From NCBI GenBank assembly GCA_047947115.1, contig CP170459.1, forward strand, positions 5,312,001 to 5,376,000: a DNA stretch of 64,000 bases, in the 5' to 3' direction. Made by a program: the position numbers and the translations under genes. The notes under the pieces are model-generated. The model searched no databases. It was not told where the DNA came from and was given only the letters and a program-made list of their open reading frames with translations. This DNA comes from Verrucomicrobiota bacterium. Lineage in GTDB: Bacteria > Verrucomicrobiota > Verrucomicrobiia > Limisphaerales > AAA164-E04. Numbering within the stretch: position 1 is the stretch's first letter; the number at the start of each line of letters is the position of its first letter. Positions 20,018-29,968 of the stretch are shown here, in pieces.

Positions 20018-22033
20018 ATGAAAAGAGTTCAATTATTACCCGACCATGTCGCCAATCAAATCGCTGCGGGCGAAGTGGTGGAACGACCTGCCAGCGTGGT
20101 GAAGGAACTGGTGGAAAACGCCATTGATGCCGGTTCCAAACGGATCACGGTGGAGATTGATGCGGGCGGACGCAGTTTGATCCGCGTGACCGATGACGGT
20201 ATCGGCATGAACCGTGACGACGCACTTATGTGCCTGGAAAGACATGCCACCAGCAAGATTCGGGAAGCGACCGATCTGGAAGACATTCACACCATGGGAT
20301 TCCGCGGCGAAGCCCTCCCAAGTATCGCCAGCGTCAGCCGTTTCACACTGACCACCCGCGAACGCGATGATGCATCAGGCGAAGCCACACGCATCGTGAT
20401 TCAAGGCGGCAAAATGTCCCATGTGGAGGCAGCGCCCAGCCCGTCGGGAACCTGCATTGAAGTGCGGCAGTTGTTCTTCAACATGCCCGCACGAAAGAAA
20501 TTTCTGAAGACCAAGGAAACGGAAAAATCTCACATTCAGCAATACCTGACGCTGGCCCTGCTGGCACATCCACAGATCGGGTTCAAATTCGTTCAGGATC
20601 AAAGAACCGTCTTTCATTTGAACCCTGTTGAAATGGATGAATCCCCGGAGTCGAAGATGAAGGCTTTGCAGGAGCGCTTGAGATTCCTCTATGCGGAAGA
20701 TGTGCGTCTGTTGCCGGTTCAGTTTGAAGACACCATCCAGACCAAGGTAAGAGGTGAAGACAAGGATTACTTCGAGGAAAACCCCGTTCATATCTGGGGA
20801 TTCACCGGAGCGCCAGGAGTCGCCCGGTCATCGCGCGCCGATCAGTATCTATTCGTGAACCAGCGCCCCATCGAAAACCGCGCCCTGAACTTCGCCCTGA
20901 TGGAAGCTTATCATACGGCGTTGATGAAGGGGAAATATCCGGTGTGCTGCCTGTTTTTCGAACTCTCCCCGGCCTTCGTGGATGTGAATGTTCACCCCGC
21001 CAAGAAAGAAGTGCGATTCCACAACGAATATGCTGTGAAGCAATGCGCCGTGCGCGCCGTGAAACGCGCGCTTTTACAATTCTCCATGGGATCCGCTCCA
21101 ATACCGAATCAAGCCGTTGCGCCTCCTGTCGAAATTTCAACTGATGCGGAAGATGCGGTTCCCGTTTCTCCTGGAACCACGACTTATCCGGCGCCTGGCA
21201 CCGATCGTTCATCAGACGTGCCTCCGCCCAGATCGGAAGTCATGTCGCTGCCCACATTTGAAAACCTGGCTCCCGTTCAAAACAAGCGCAAGCAAACCCC
21301 GTCAACAGGAACCGCTGCTACACCACACGGAATATGGGAATCCCATGTTCATACTGCAGACCATCCACCGCAGCCTGTGTCGACGCAGGGAACGCCACCC
21401 TCTGCCCCCGTTCATCAGCCAAGCAACATTGGAGCTCCTACTCCTCTGCTTGCAATTCCAATGCGAATCATCGGGGTCTTAGGGAAGTTATATGTATTGC
21501 TAGAATCCGACCGGGGACTGGTTTTGCTCGATCAGCACGCCGCACATGAACGCATTCTTTTCGAAAAAATGCTTCGTCAATTGGAAACCGGCGAAGCACC
21601 ATCCCAACGATTGTTACTTGCGGAGACCATTGAATTAAGTCACAAGGACGCGCTCTTCCTCCATAAAGTAATCGAAAAACTCCAGAAGCTAGGCGTGGAA
21701 GTCCGGGAGTTCGGTGAAAACACATTCATACTGGATGCCCTCCCCCCCTTCGTCAAAGCCAAGGACACGAGACAATACATGCTGGATGTCATCGACGCAT
21801 TGAAAGAATCCGGCGAAGTCAACAAACTGCGGCTGGGTGAAGATGTCATCGCCAAAACCGTGTGCCGACATGCGGTCAAAGCCAACGACATCCTGCGCGG
21901 ACCGGAACTGGAAAAACTGATCGAAGACCTCAAAGCGTGCGGGATGCCCTACACCTGCCCCCACGGTCGCCCCACCTTGATCGAAATGACCTTCGGTGAA
22001 CTGGAAAAGAAATTCGGACGCATCCAGGGATAA
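20018..22033 (+). CDS. mutL: DNA mismatch repair endonuclease MutL
   Basis: IAAGEVVERPASVVKELVEN, GFRGEAL, DQHAAHER and CPHGRP motifs. Confidence 0.98.
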   Translation: MKRVQLLPDHVANQIAAGEVVERPASVVKELVENAIDAGSKRITVEIDAGGRSLIRVTDDGIGMNRDDALMCLERHATSKIREATDLEDIHTMGFRGEALPSIASVSRFTLTTRERDDASGEATRIVIQGGKMSHVEAAPSPSGTCIEVRQLFFNMPARKKFLKTKETEKSHIQQYLTLALLAHPQIGFKFVQDQRTVFHLNPVEMDESPESKMKALQERLRFLYAEDVRLLPVQFEDTIQTKVRGEDKDYFEENPVHIWGFTGAPGVARSSRADQYLFVNQRPIENRALNFALMEAYHTALMKGKYPVCCLFFELSPAFVDVNVHPAKKEVRFHNEYAVKQCAVRAVKRALLQFSMGSAPIPNQAVAPPVEISTDAEDAVPVSPGTTTYPAPGTDRSSDVPPPRSEVMSLPTFENLAPVQNKRKQTPSTGTAATPHGIWESHVHTADHPPQPVSTQGTPPSAPVHQPSNIGAPTPLLAIPMRIIGVLGKLYVLLESDRGLVLLDQHAAHERILFEKMLRQLETGEAPSQRLLLAETIELSHKDALFLHKVIEKLQKLGVEVREFGENTFILDALPPFVKAKDTRQYMLDVIDALKESGEVNKLRLGEDVIAKTVCRHAVKANDILRGPELEKLIEDLKACGMPYTCPHGRPTLIEMTFGELEKKFGRIQG

Positions 22034-22067
22034 GGTACCGGCTCACAGTGGAGTGAGTTTGGTTTGC

Positions 22068-22151
22068 TTTTAGGTGTTAGCTGTTAGCTTTTAGATATTA
22101 GGTGTTAGCTGTTAGCTGATGGTTGTTAGCTTTTAGGTGTTGGCTGTTGGG
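22068..22151. repeat. Twelve tandem degenerate heptamers (consensus TGTTAGC)
   Basis: ttttagg tgttagc tgttagc ttttaga tattagg tgttagc tgttagc tgatggt tgttagc ttttagg tgttggc tgttggg. Confidence 0.85.
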
Positions 22152-23379
22152 GCTTTTGTAAGTGATGAAAATTTCGGCTTGTCTGGCCGAGCCGTTTTTT
22201 TCCACGCAGCAGGACAAGACTTATCACGATGCAGACACACATCAGAACGGTCAATCCCAGATAAAACTGGAAGCCGTTCACCAGCCCAAACCGCTCCGAA
22301 AGTGCGGACATGGCAAAGGGAAACAAAAACACCCCCAACCCGCCACTGGTCGACACCATCCCGATTGCCGCGCTTTGCCTTTTGGGAAAACTCATACCGA
22401 TCAGGGACATCACACAGGGATAAACGATCGAGTACCCCACCCCTGTCAGGAAAAACAACAAAGCGGACAACCAGGGCATCCGAATCCAAATCGCCAGCAA
22501 CAAGGCTACCAATGATCCCAATGAACTGATCAACAAATGGTTCCCCTGACGTTTACCGTGATCCCAGAGTCCATGCGCCATACGCCCAAGAAACACCCCG
22601 AACCAAAACAGAGCCACCATCAAGGCCCCGACCGAAGCAGAGGTTTGGTGAATTTTCACGAAGTATTCGGCGATCCAATTTGAAATACCAATCTCCGCTC
22701 CCACATAAAAAAAGATGGTGGCAGCCAGGAATACCAACAAGGGGTCACGGAGTTTGGAATGTTCTCGGGAATTTCCGGATGCGTTGGAAGCATGTTGCGA
22801 TTCATGGTGGTTCATCCAGGAACCGGCACGAACGGTCCAAACCAGCATGCCCACCGCGACCGCCGCCATGATCATATAAACCCAGCGCCAGGGAGCTTGC
22901 ATCCAGGCAAGGAATCCTGCCATAAACGGGGCTGCCATCGCTCCAATGGTAAAAGCGGAATGCACCAGATTCATCAAACGGCTCTGACCTGGACTTTCGA
23001 TACGCACCACTCCCACATTGATGGAAACCTCCACCGCGCCCTGTCCCAATCCAAGTATTACGAACATCACCATGTTGATCGGCAATGAAGCCCCCATCCC
23101 AAAACCACCGATCCCGATAGCCTGCAGCAACAACCCCACCACCATCAAACGACGGATTCCCAGGTGAGGAAGCACCAACCCGGTCACAAAGGTGGACAAA
23201 AAATATCCCGCGGCACTCGCCGCGAAAATCCAACCCGCCGCCAGATAACTCCATTCGAAGTGACGAATCACCAACGGCAACGTGGCGCCGGCGGTGGTCC
23301 CGATACCTCCAAACACAAGGAAATTGGCATAGTAATAAACCACCGATGCACGTGTTGATCTGGTTGTATCCGATGACAT
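22126..23379 (-). CDS. MFS transporter (FucP/TsgA-like)
   Basis: About 12 TM segments, MNLVHSAFTIGA and FFYVGAEIGISNW. Confidence 0.88.
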   Translation of the reverse strand: MSSDTTRSTRASVVYYYANFLVFGGIGTTAGATLPLVIRHFEWSYLAAGWIFAASAAGYFLSTFVTGLVLPHLGIRRLMVVGLLLQAIGIGGFGMGASLPINMVMFVILGLGQGAVEVSINVGVVRIESPGQSRLMNLVHSAFTIGAMAAPFMAGFLAWMQAPWRWVYMIMAAVAVGMLVWTVRAGSWMNHHESQHASNASGNSREHSKLRDPLLVFLAATIFFYVGAEIGISNWIAEYFVKIHQTSASVGALMVALFWFGVFLGRMAHGLWDHGKRQGNHLLISSLGSLVALLLAIWIRMPWLSALLFFLTGVGYSIVYPCVMSLIGMSFPKRQSAAIGMVSTSGGLGVFLFPFAMSALSERFGLVNGFQFYLGLTVLMCVCIVISLVLLRGKKRLGQTSRNFHHLQKPQQPTPKS

Positions 23380-23482
23380 CGGGGCGAAGTAGATCAAATC
23401 AATGCCCCATGATCCACTTGATTCTCACTTTCGGTTTAAAAAGTTGATCAAGATTCTTGGATCCACTTTACTCGGACCACAC

Positions 23483-24910
23483 ATGAACACCGTCACGGCA
23501 CACAAGAAATCGCGTCTGAAGCGATGGGGAATCGTCGTCCTCTGTTTCGGTCTGTTGACGTGCTTCATCTGTTTCACAGGTGTGGATCACAAGCCTTACC
23601 TGGAAAGCCATTACTACAAACAAACACTGACCGCCATCGAGCAGACAACTCCTGACGATCGCCTCGCCACTCTGTCCACCCTCTACGTGGGAACGGGAAA
23701 ATCTTCCATTATCCCCGCAATATCGGGAACCACCAAAGAGGTGGAACAAGGAATCTTCCCCGGACTGCCGCTCGGAGGTTATGGCGCACGCAGGGGCGCT
23801 CCTGCCACCGGCACGCTGGACCCGCTTTACGTGAAGGCGCTTTGGCTCAAGAGTGGCGGCGTGGAAGGAGCGGTTGTGGCGATGGACATGTTGACCCCGC
23901 CCTTCGAAATGATTGATCTGTTCCGTGAGGAAGTTTCCAATCGACTGGGTCTGCCACCGGGACATTTCTACTTTGGCGCGACCCACAGCCATGGCGGGCC
24001 GGGAGGCTGGGCGAAAGGAATGGTGGGAGAAGCGTTTGCCGGCCCTTACGAATCCGGATTCAATCTCTGGTTGAAAGAACGTGTGTTTGAAAGCCTGGAA
24101 ACCGCCAGGAAATCACTTCAACCCGCTTCCATCGCTTTCAGTGAAACCGAGATGCCCGACTGGGTGCACAACCGGCTCGTTCATGAAAACGGCATCGAAG
24201 ATCCCATGTTGCAATCCCTGTTCATTCAGCCTGAATCGGGCCCCCTCATCACCATCGGATCCTTCTCAGCTCATGCAACGGTGATGGGATCGGATTCCAT
24301 GCAGTTTTGCGGGGATTACCCGGGACACTGGGCTAACGCGGTGGAGAACGAAACGGGCGGATTTGCCATGTTTCTCGCCGGAGGTGTCGGCAGTCACAGT
24401 CCAACGGTCAAAACCAAAGGACACTCGGCTGCGGAAGATATGGGACAGGCATTGGCCAGGCAAACTGTTCAGCAATGGAAAATCGCAGAGTTCGCAAAAG
24501 AACCGACCCTGTCGTTAACGGAATGGGACATTCACCTGCCGGAACCTCACGTGCGCGTCGTTGGCAACGTTCGATTGAGACCATGGCTCGCGAAAAAACT
24601 CCTGCCCACCGAACGGTCTGTTCCCCTGCCCGGCTTACGACTGGGAAATGTCCTGCTCATCGGAACTCCATGTGATTTCAGCGGAGAATTGGCGGCGGGA
24701 TTACGCGAGCATTTTCAGGTGGGCGGATTTCATTCGATGATCACCAGTTTCAATGGTGATTACATTGGCTATGTGGTACCACAAAAGTATTATTATCTGA
24801 ATGCATACGAGTCCAAACTCATGTCCTTTTACGGCCCCAGCACTGCACCCTATCTCACCGATATGGTCCGACGACTCGGACATCATCTGATGGATACCGT
24901 CACGCCCTGA
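23483..24910 (+). CDS. Neutral/alkaline ceramidase N-terminal-domain family hydrolase
   Basis: LGGYGARRG, DPLYVKAL, GATHSHGGP, FSAHATV and GDYPG motifs; N-terminal TM anchor. Confidence 0.75.
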   Translation: MNTVTAHKKSRLKRWGIVVLCFGLLTCFICFTGVDHKPYLESHYYKQTLTAIEQTTPDDRLATLSTLYVGTGKSSIIPAISGTTKEVEQGIFPGLPLGGYGARRGAPATGTLDPLYVKALWLKSGGVEGAVVAMDMLTPPFEMIDLFREEVSNRLGLPPGHFYFGATHSHGGPGGWAKGMVGEAFAGPYESGFNLWLKERVFESLETARKSLQPASIAFSETEMPDWVHNRLVHENGIEDPMLQSLFIQPESGPLITIGSFSAHATVMGSDSMQFCGDYPGHWANAVENETGGFAMFLAGGVGSHSPTVKTKGHSAAEDMGQALARQTVQQWKIAEFAKEPTLSLTEWDIHLPEPHVRVVGNVRLRPWLAKKLLPTERSVPLPGLRLGNVLLIGTPCDFSGELAAGLREHFQVGGFHSMITSFNGDYIGYVVPQKYYYLNAYESKLMSFYGPSTAPYLTDMVRRLGHHLMDTVTP

Positions 24911-25078
24911 AATTCCTTTTCATGCTATCGTGTCTTACTGCGGCACGGCACGATTCTTTCGAAGAAGGTAGCAACATATATAACCGGCTATGAATACGTT
25001 ATATCGCATTCATTAGCGTGTTCGCACATCACTTCAGATGTTCAAACACCTCCTGATTGCCCGCTGATAACCCCTTAA

Positions 25079-25735
25079 TCAAGCCAGTGATTGATGACGG
25101 ATATCCTTTGCTTCGCAGAGGAAGACAACTTCTTCAGCGATGTTGCTGGCGTGGTCACCGATACGTTCCAGGCTCTTGGCAATGGTGATGTAGTGGAGGC
25201 AACGCATGGCACATTCCGGTTCCCGCACCATCCATTCGGTCATGCGATGATAGATCGCCTTGTTCATCGCGTCGGCTTCCTTGTCCCGCAACACGATTTT
25301 GCGGGCGACATCAGCTTGACGAAAGACAAAGGCATCAAGGGAAGCCTTAAGCATATCGATCACCAGATGAGCCAGGGGTTCGATATCGACGTGAGATTTC
25401 AAAGGGCTTTCCTTCATCAGCTCCAGGCTTCTGCGGGAAATGGTGGTGGCTTCGTCTCCGACCCGCTCCAGTTCGGTTGAAATCTTCATGGCCATGGCAA
25501 TGAACCGCAGATCGGAAGCCAATGGAGCCTGGGCAAGCATCACGATTGCAAATTCATCCACTTCTTTCTCCAACTGATCAATGACCGAATCCTGCTCTTT
25601 GACGGACCTGGCCAATCGTTCCTCCCGGTCCAAAACTGATTGCACAGCACCTCTTACACAGTGCTCCGCATTACTTGCCATCAAGAGGAGTTTTTCCTTC
25701 AGTTGCTCGGTCTCAATGTGGATTTGTTGGGTCAT
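25079..25735 (-). CDS. phoU: Phosphate signalling protein PhoU
   Basis: PLASDLR, ELERVGD and SLERIGDHASNIAE motifs; follows pstB. Confidence 0.96.
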   Translation of the reverse strand: MTQQIHIETEQLKEKLLLMASNAEHCVRGAVQSVLDREERLARSVKEQDSVIDQLEKEVDEFAIVMLAQAPLASDLRFIAMAMKISTELERVGDEATTISRRSLELMKESPLKSHVDIEPLAHLVIDMLKASLDAFVFRQADVARKIVLRDKEADAMNKAIYHRMTEWMVREPECAMRCLHYITIAKSLERIGDHASNIAEEVVFLCEAKDIRHQSLA

Positions 25736-25778
25736 AGGCTATGGTGATTCAAACGCATCAATACCTAGACAGTATGCA

Positions 25779-26678
25779 TCATCCAAAGCGCCCTGTCACG
25801 TAATCCTCGGTTTGTTTTTTTGAAGGAAAAGTAAAAATCCTCTTGGTTGGTCCCATTTCCACCAGTTCACCAAGGTAGAAGAAAGCTGTTTCATCCGAAA
25901 TCCGGGCGGCTTGCTGCATGTTATGCGTTACCAAAACGATCGTGTAATCCTGTTTCAAACTCAGAATTAGTTCTTCTATGCGAGCCGTCGCCACCGGATC
26001 CAAAGCAGATGCGGGTTCATCCATGAGCAATATTTGCGGTTGAACCGCAATCGCTCGAGCGATGCATAGGCGCTGTTGCTGCCCGCCGCTCAAACTGAGG
26101 GCATTGCGCTGCAGATCGTCTTTTACTTCGTCCCACAATGCAGCGAGTCGCAAACTTGTTTCGACTTTTGCATCGATTTCCTTCACATCCTTTTCTCCAT
26201 GGAGACGCAGCCCGAAAGCAATGTTTTCATAAACAGACTTTGGGAACGGATTGGATTTCTGAAAAACCATCCCAACATGCTTGCGCAGCTGGATCACATT
26301 GACCGATCGGTCGTTGATATCCACCCCACCAATACGAACGGATCCCTCAACCGAGGTTTGTTCGATGAGATCATTCATGCGATTCAGGCATCGCAAGAGG
26401 GTAGATTTCCCACAACCGGATGGTCCTATGAATGAAGTCACCCTGTTTTGTAAAATATTGAGCGTCACTTTGTGCAGCGCCCGAGTCACTCCGTAGAAAA
26501 AGGACAGCCCTTCAATTTCAACCAACACCTCACGCTGCAGGTTCACCTTTTCAGGCGACGAATCGGTGCTGGTTGCTTTCGGTTGTTCGGGTTTCATCAA
26601 AAAGGACTGTGACATTGATTTTAACGGTGTTGAGGGTGTGATTTCAAACGACATAAGTTGGTTTTTATCAACTGTCAT
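25779..26678 (-). CDS. pstB: Phosphate ABC transporter ATPase
   Basis: [31 protein letters not shown] and [10 protein letters not shown]. Confidence 0.97.
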   Translation of the reverse strand: MTVDKNQLMSFEITPSTPLKSMSQSFLMKPEQPKATSTDSSPEKVNLQREVLVEIEGLSFFYGVTRALHKVTLNILQNRVTSFIGPSGCGKSTLLRCLNRMNDLIEQTSVEGSVRIGGVDINDRSVNVIQLRKHVGMVFQKSNPFPKSVYENIAFGLRLHGEKDVKEIDAKVETSLRLAALWDEVKDDLQRNALSLSGGQQQRLCIARAIAVQPQILLMDEPASALDPVATARIEELILSLKQDYTIVLVTHNMQQAARISDETAFFYLGELVEMGPTKRIFTFPSKKQTEDYVTGRFG

Positions 26679-27667
26679 CCATCCACCGCTTGGTATTGTT
26701 GATAACGGTGACGGATCCTGGCCCGAATCAGAATGGTCATGAGATTCAGCCCCAGTGTTAAGGCCAACAGGACGAGCACCGTGGCGTAAGCTACGGGAGT
26801 TGTGTTCTCAACGTCAGGCGATTGTGTGGCAAGAATGTAAATATGATAACCGAGGTCCATGAACTCATCATTCAGTTTCCAGGGATAAGCCGCGGTATAA
26901 TAAGCCGCCCCCGTGAACAACAAAGGAGCCACCTCCCCCGCCGCCCGGCCAATGGCCAGAATGGCTCCGGTTAAAATCCCGGGCATGGCCTGAGGCAACA
27001 GGACCTTGAACAAGGTTTGCAATCGACTCGCTCCCAGCGCGTAGCTCGCGTAACGCAATCCATCCGGCAAAGATTTCAATGCTTCTTCAGTCGTCACAAT
27101 GACCACGGGCAGCGTCATGATCGCCAGGGTCATGGACGCCCACAGGATAGCAGGTTTCCCCCAAACCGGTTCAGGGTTGTTGGGCGAGAATGCCTCATCC
27201 AGTCCAACTCCCATAAACTTGATGAAAAAACCCCATCCGAACAAACCAAAGATAATGGAAGGAACACCCGCCAGATTATTGACCGCGCTATGAATCATGC
27301 GGGTCAACAAAGACTGGGGATTGGCATATTCGGTCAGGTACAAAGCAGTGATCACTCCTACAGGCATCACCACTAGGGTCATGAGAAACACCTTGAATAC
27401 CGTACCGATCATCATGGGAAGCAAACCCAATTGCCCGGATTCGAAGGAATCGGTCCCGATACCCGAAAAAAGAAAGTTCCAGGATAACGCGCTCCAGCCA
27501 TGGTAGACAATATCCGCCAGAACAGTCAGCAGAATCGCAATCACAAAAAACGTGGCAAGTCCGGTGACCAGGGTCATTCCTCGCGAAACCAGATGCAGTT
27601 GCCGTGCCTGTCGGTTACTTGAAGATGTGCCCCATTGGGTGTTGAACTGCGGGCTTGAAACACTCAT
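26675..27667 (-). CDS. pstA: Phosphate ABC transporter permease PstA
   Basis: [20 protein letters not shown] and RAAGEVAP motifs; ATGA overlaps with both neighbours. Confidence 0.94.
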   Translation of the reverse strand: MSVSSPQFNTQWGTSSSNRQARQLHLVSRGMTLVTGLATFFVIAILLTVLADIVYHGWSALSWNFLFSGIGTDSFESGQLGLLPMMIGTVFKVFLMTLVVMPVGVITALYLTEYANPQSLLTRMIHSAVNNLAGVPSIIFGLFGWGFFIKFMGVGLDEAFSPNNPEPVWGKPAILWASMTLAIMTLPVVIVTTEEALKSLPDGLRYASYALGASRLQTLFKVLLPQAMPGILTGAILAIGRAAGEVAPLLFTGAAYYTAAYPWKLNDEFMDLGYHIYILATQSPDVENTTPVAYATVLVLLALTLGLNLMTILIRARIRHRYQQYQAVDG

Positions 27668-28836
27668 CCCGCAGCCTCCATTTTGTGTTTCAACCTCTGG
27701 ATCACCACTCCGGCAATCCAGTTGGAACAAAAAGTGATCACAAACAGCATCACTCCGAGCATGAACAAAATGCGATAATGCGGATCTCCAAAAACGGTTT
27801 CGGCCATTTCAGCAGCAATGGTCGCCGTCATGGTTCTTGTGGAATCACCTAGGTTCCAGGACACGATGCTGGCATTGCCGCTGGCCATCAGCACGATCAT
27901 GGTTTCACCAATCGCCCGCCCGAAGCCAAGAACGATCGCCGCCACAATGCCGGGAAAGGCGGCGGGAATGACGACTTTCCAAGCAGCAAACCAGGGACTG
28001 GAGCCCAGGGCCAAAGCCGATTCGGAATAATGACGTGGCACACTCGACAAGGCGTCTTCCGAAATGGAAAAGATAATTGGGATCACAGCCAATCCCAGCG
28101 CGATCCCTGCCACCGAGGCATTCAACTGCGTCTGAACGCCGAACACCCTGTCCAAAAACCCAGCCAGCACCATGAGGGCAAAAAAACCAAGCACCACGGA
28201 AGGAATCCCCGCCAGCAACTCAATGGATGGCTTGATCCATTCACGAAACCGGGACGGACACAACTGCGACACAAAAACAGCCGCCCCCAATGCCAAGGGA
28301 GTCGCAAACAAAAGCGCAACCAAAGTGGTTTTCAAACTGCCAATCAACAAGGGAATCAGGTTGAACTTGGGCACGGAAGAAACCGGCTGCCAGATATACC
28401 CCGGCTGCTCGTAACCGGTCCAATGATACGGAAAGATCATGTGCTCCCAACTGGCGGTATTGAGACCGGCCTGAGGATCGGTGGCCATATCCTGCGCAGC
28501 CTGGTATTTCACTTCCATCATCAAGCGCAATGCATCCTGATCCAGACGACGATATTGTTCATTCGTCAGTTCCAGATACTCTTTCACGTCGCCCGGATTC
28601 ATTCGCTCGAGTTGGTCGGGTGAGAGAATTTCACCGCCTTTGGAAGTATCCACATGTCCAAGAAAAACCGGAAGCGCTTCCTTCACCACAAACAGGAAAA
28701 TGAGAAAAATAAAGATGGTGGCCGATGAAGCAATTCCGGCCATGCCCAGCTCAAACAGTTTGTCCATACGATGACGTGATCCACCTTGTTGGATGGAGGT
28801 CCATGCGCCATTTGAATGTTGTATGGTTGAAGACAT
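27664..28836 (-). CDS. pstC: Phosphate ABC transporter permease PstC with a periplasmic insert
   Basis: ELLAGIPSVVLG, GRAIGETMIVLM and TMTATIAAEM motifs. Confidence 0.94.
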   Translation of the reverse strand: MSSTIQHSNGAWTSIQQGGSRHRMDKLFELGMAGIASSATIFIFLIFLFVVKEALPVFLGHVDTSKGGEILSPDQLERMNPGDVKEYLELTNEQYRRLDQDALRLMMEVKYQAAQDMATDPQAGLNTASWEHMIFPYHWTGYEQPGYIWQPVSSVPKFNLIPLLIGSLKTTLVALLFATPLALGAAVFVSQLCPSRFREWIKPSIELLAGIPSVVLGFFALMVLAGFLDRVFGVQTQLNASVAGIALGLAVIPIIFSISEDALSSVPRHYSESALALGSSPWFAAWKVVIPAAFPGIVAAIVLGFGRAIGETMIVLMASGNASIVSWNLGDSTRTMTATIAAEMAETVFGDPHYRILFMLGVMLFVITFCSNWIAGVVIQRLKHKMEAAG

Positions 28837-28947
28837 ACGATGCGGATAACAAGAACCTCCTGCAGGTTCACCCTGAGAACACCACGCCAAAGCTCATTCC
28901 AAACACTTGTGGCAAAAACACCGTGCATCGAAAGGAAAACATGGAGC

Positions 28948-29886
28948 TTATTCCTGGTCTAAAATTTTCGAGCTCGCCAATTCGGCAGGCTCCAGACAAC
29001 AATCCTCCAAGTCGGAGATCTGCGCCGTCTCCGGTAGCGGAAAGTAGCCCGATCCCTCGGCAAGAGACTGAGCCACGGGGCTTCGGATCCATTTGAGATA
29101 ATCTCCCAGCATGCCTTTGTCCATTGCCGGATTCACGTAATGAAACAGGTGACGCCAAATGGGGTAATCTCCCTGTTGCACAGAGTTGGCGTTCGGTAAA
29201 ATAGCAGGACCATCGACGGTCGCCTTCAACGCAAGTGTCTTGACAACGGACCCGAAGACCGCTCCCCCGTAACCGATCCCCCCGGCGTCCTTTGCCACGG
29301 CCTGCATGACGGCAGACGTTCCGGGCATGGATAAGGTGGCTGGTGAAAAGTCCTCATGTTGCATAACCGATGATTTGAAAAACTCATAGGTGCCCGAACT
29401 GTTTTCCCGGCTGTAAAGCACGATGTCGAGGTCCATGCCCCCCACTTGCCGCCAGTTGGTAATACGCCCCGTATAAATATCCTTTAATGTCTTCAAATCC
29501 AGATCACGGATTGGGTTGTCCGGATGAACATAAACGGCGATGGCATCCAGGCACACCTTATATTCAGTGGGAGCCGCGGAAAAAGCCTTGATACAGGACA
29601 GGATTTCCTTGGATTTGATGGGACGGGAGGCGGCACAAAGATCCGTGGTATTGTTTTGAAGAGCAGCAAAACCGATCCCGGAACCGCCACCGGAAATTTG
29701 GAACGCTACGTCGGAATGGCGTTTGGAAAATTCATGCACCCACTTTTGAGTGAGGAGCAGCATGGTATCGGATCCTTTGATGGAAATGGAATCAGTCGTC
29801 GCAAAGGCAGCTTGTTTGTTTGTCAAAAACAACAACCAAACTACACAAAACCACCCCCATCTCCCATGTATGGACCTACTCAACAT
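28948..29886 (-). CDS. pstS: Phosphate ABC transporter substrate-binding protein
   Basis: IKGSDT, GGGSGIG, ASR and SRENSSGTYEFF motifs. Confidence 0.95.
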   Translation of the reverse strand: MLSRSIHGRWGWFCVVWLLFLTNKQAAFATTDSISIKGSDTMLLLTQKWVHEFSKRHSDVAFQISGGGSGIGFAALQNNTTDLCAASRPIKSKEILSCIKAFSAAPTEYKVCLDAIAVYVHPDNPIRDLDLKTLKDIYTGRITNWRQVGGMDLDIVLYSRENSSGTYEFFKSSVMQHEDFSPATLSMPGTSAVMQAVAKDAGGIGYGGAVFGSVVKTLALKATVDGPAILPNANSVQQGDYPIWRHLFHYVNPAMDKGMLGDYLKWIRSPVAQSLAEGSGYFPLPETAQISDLEDCCLEPAELASSKILDQE

Positions 29887-29940
29887 TGGTTAAACTCGTG
29901 CAATCGAAGGGTGAGAATCCCAGACCAGCAAAGCGTTTTC

Positions 29941-29968
29941 GTGACGGAATTGTTACAGAACAGTTACA
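29941..29968 (-). promoter_or_regulatory. Pho-box-like triple 11-bp direct repeat upstream of pstS
   Basis: The minus strand reads TGTAAC-tgttc-TGTAAC-aattc-CGTCAC. Confidence 0.75.
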
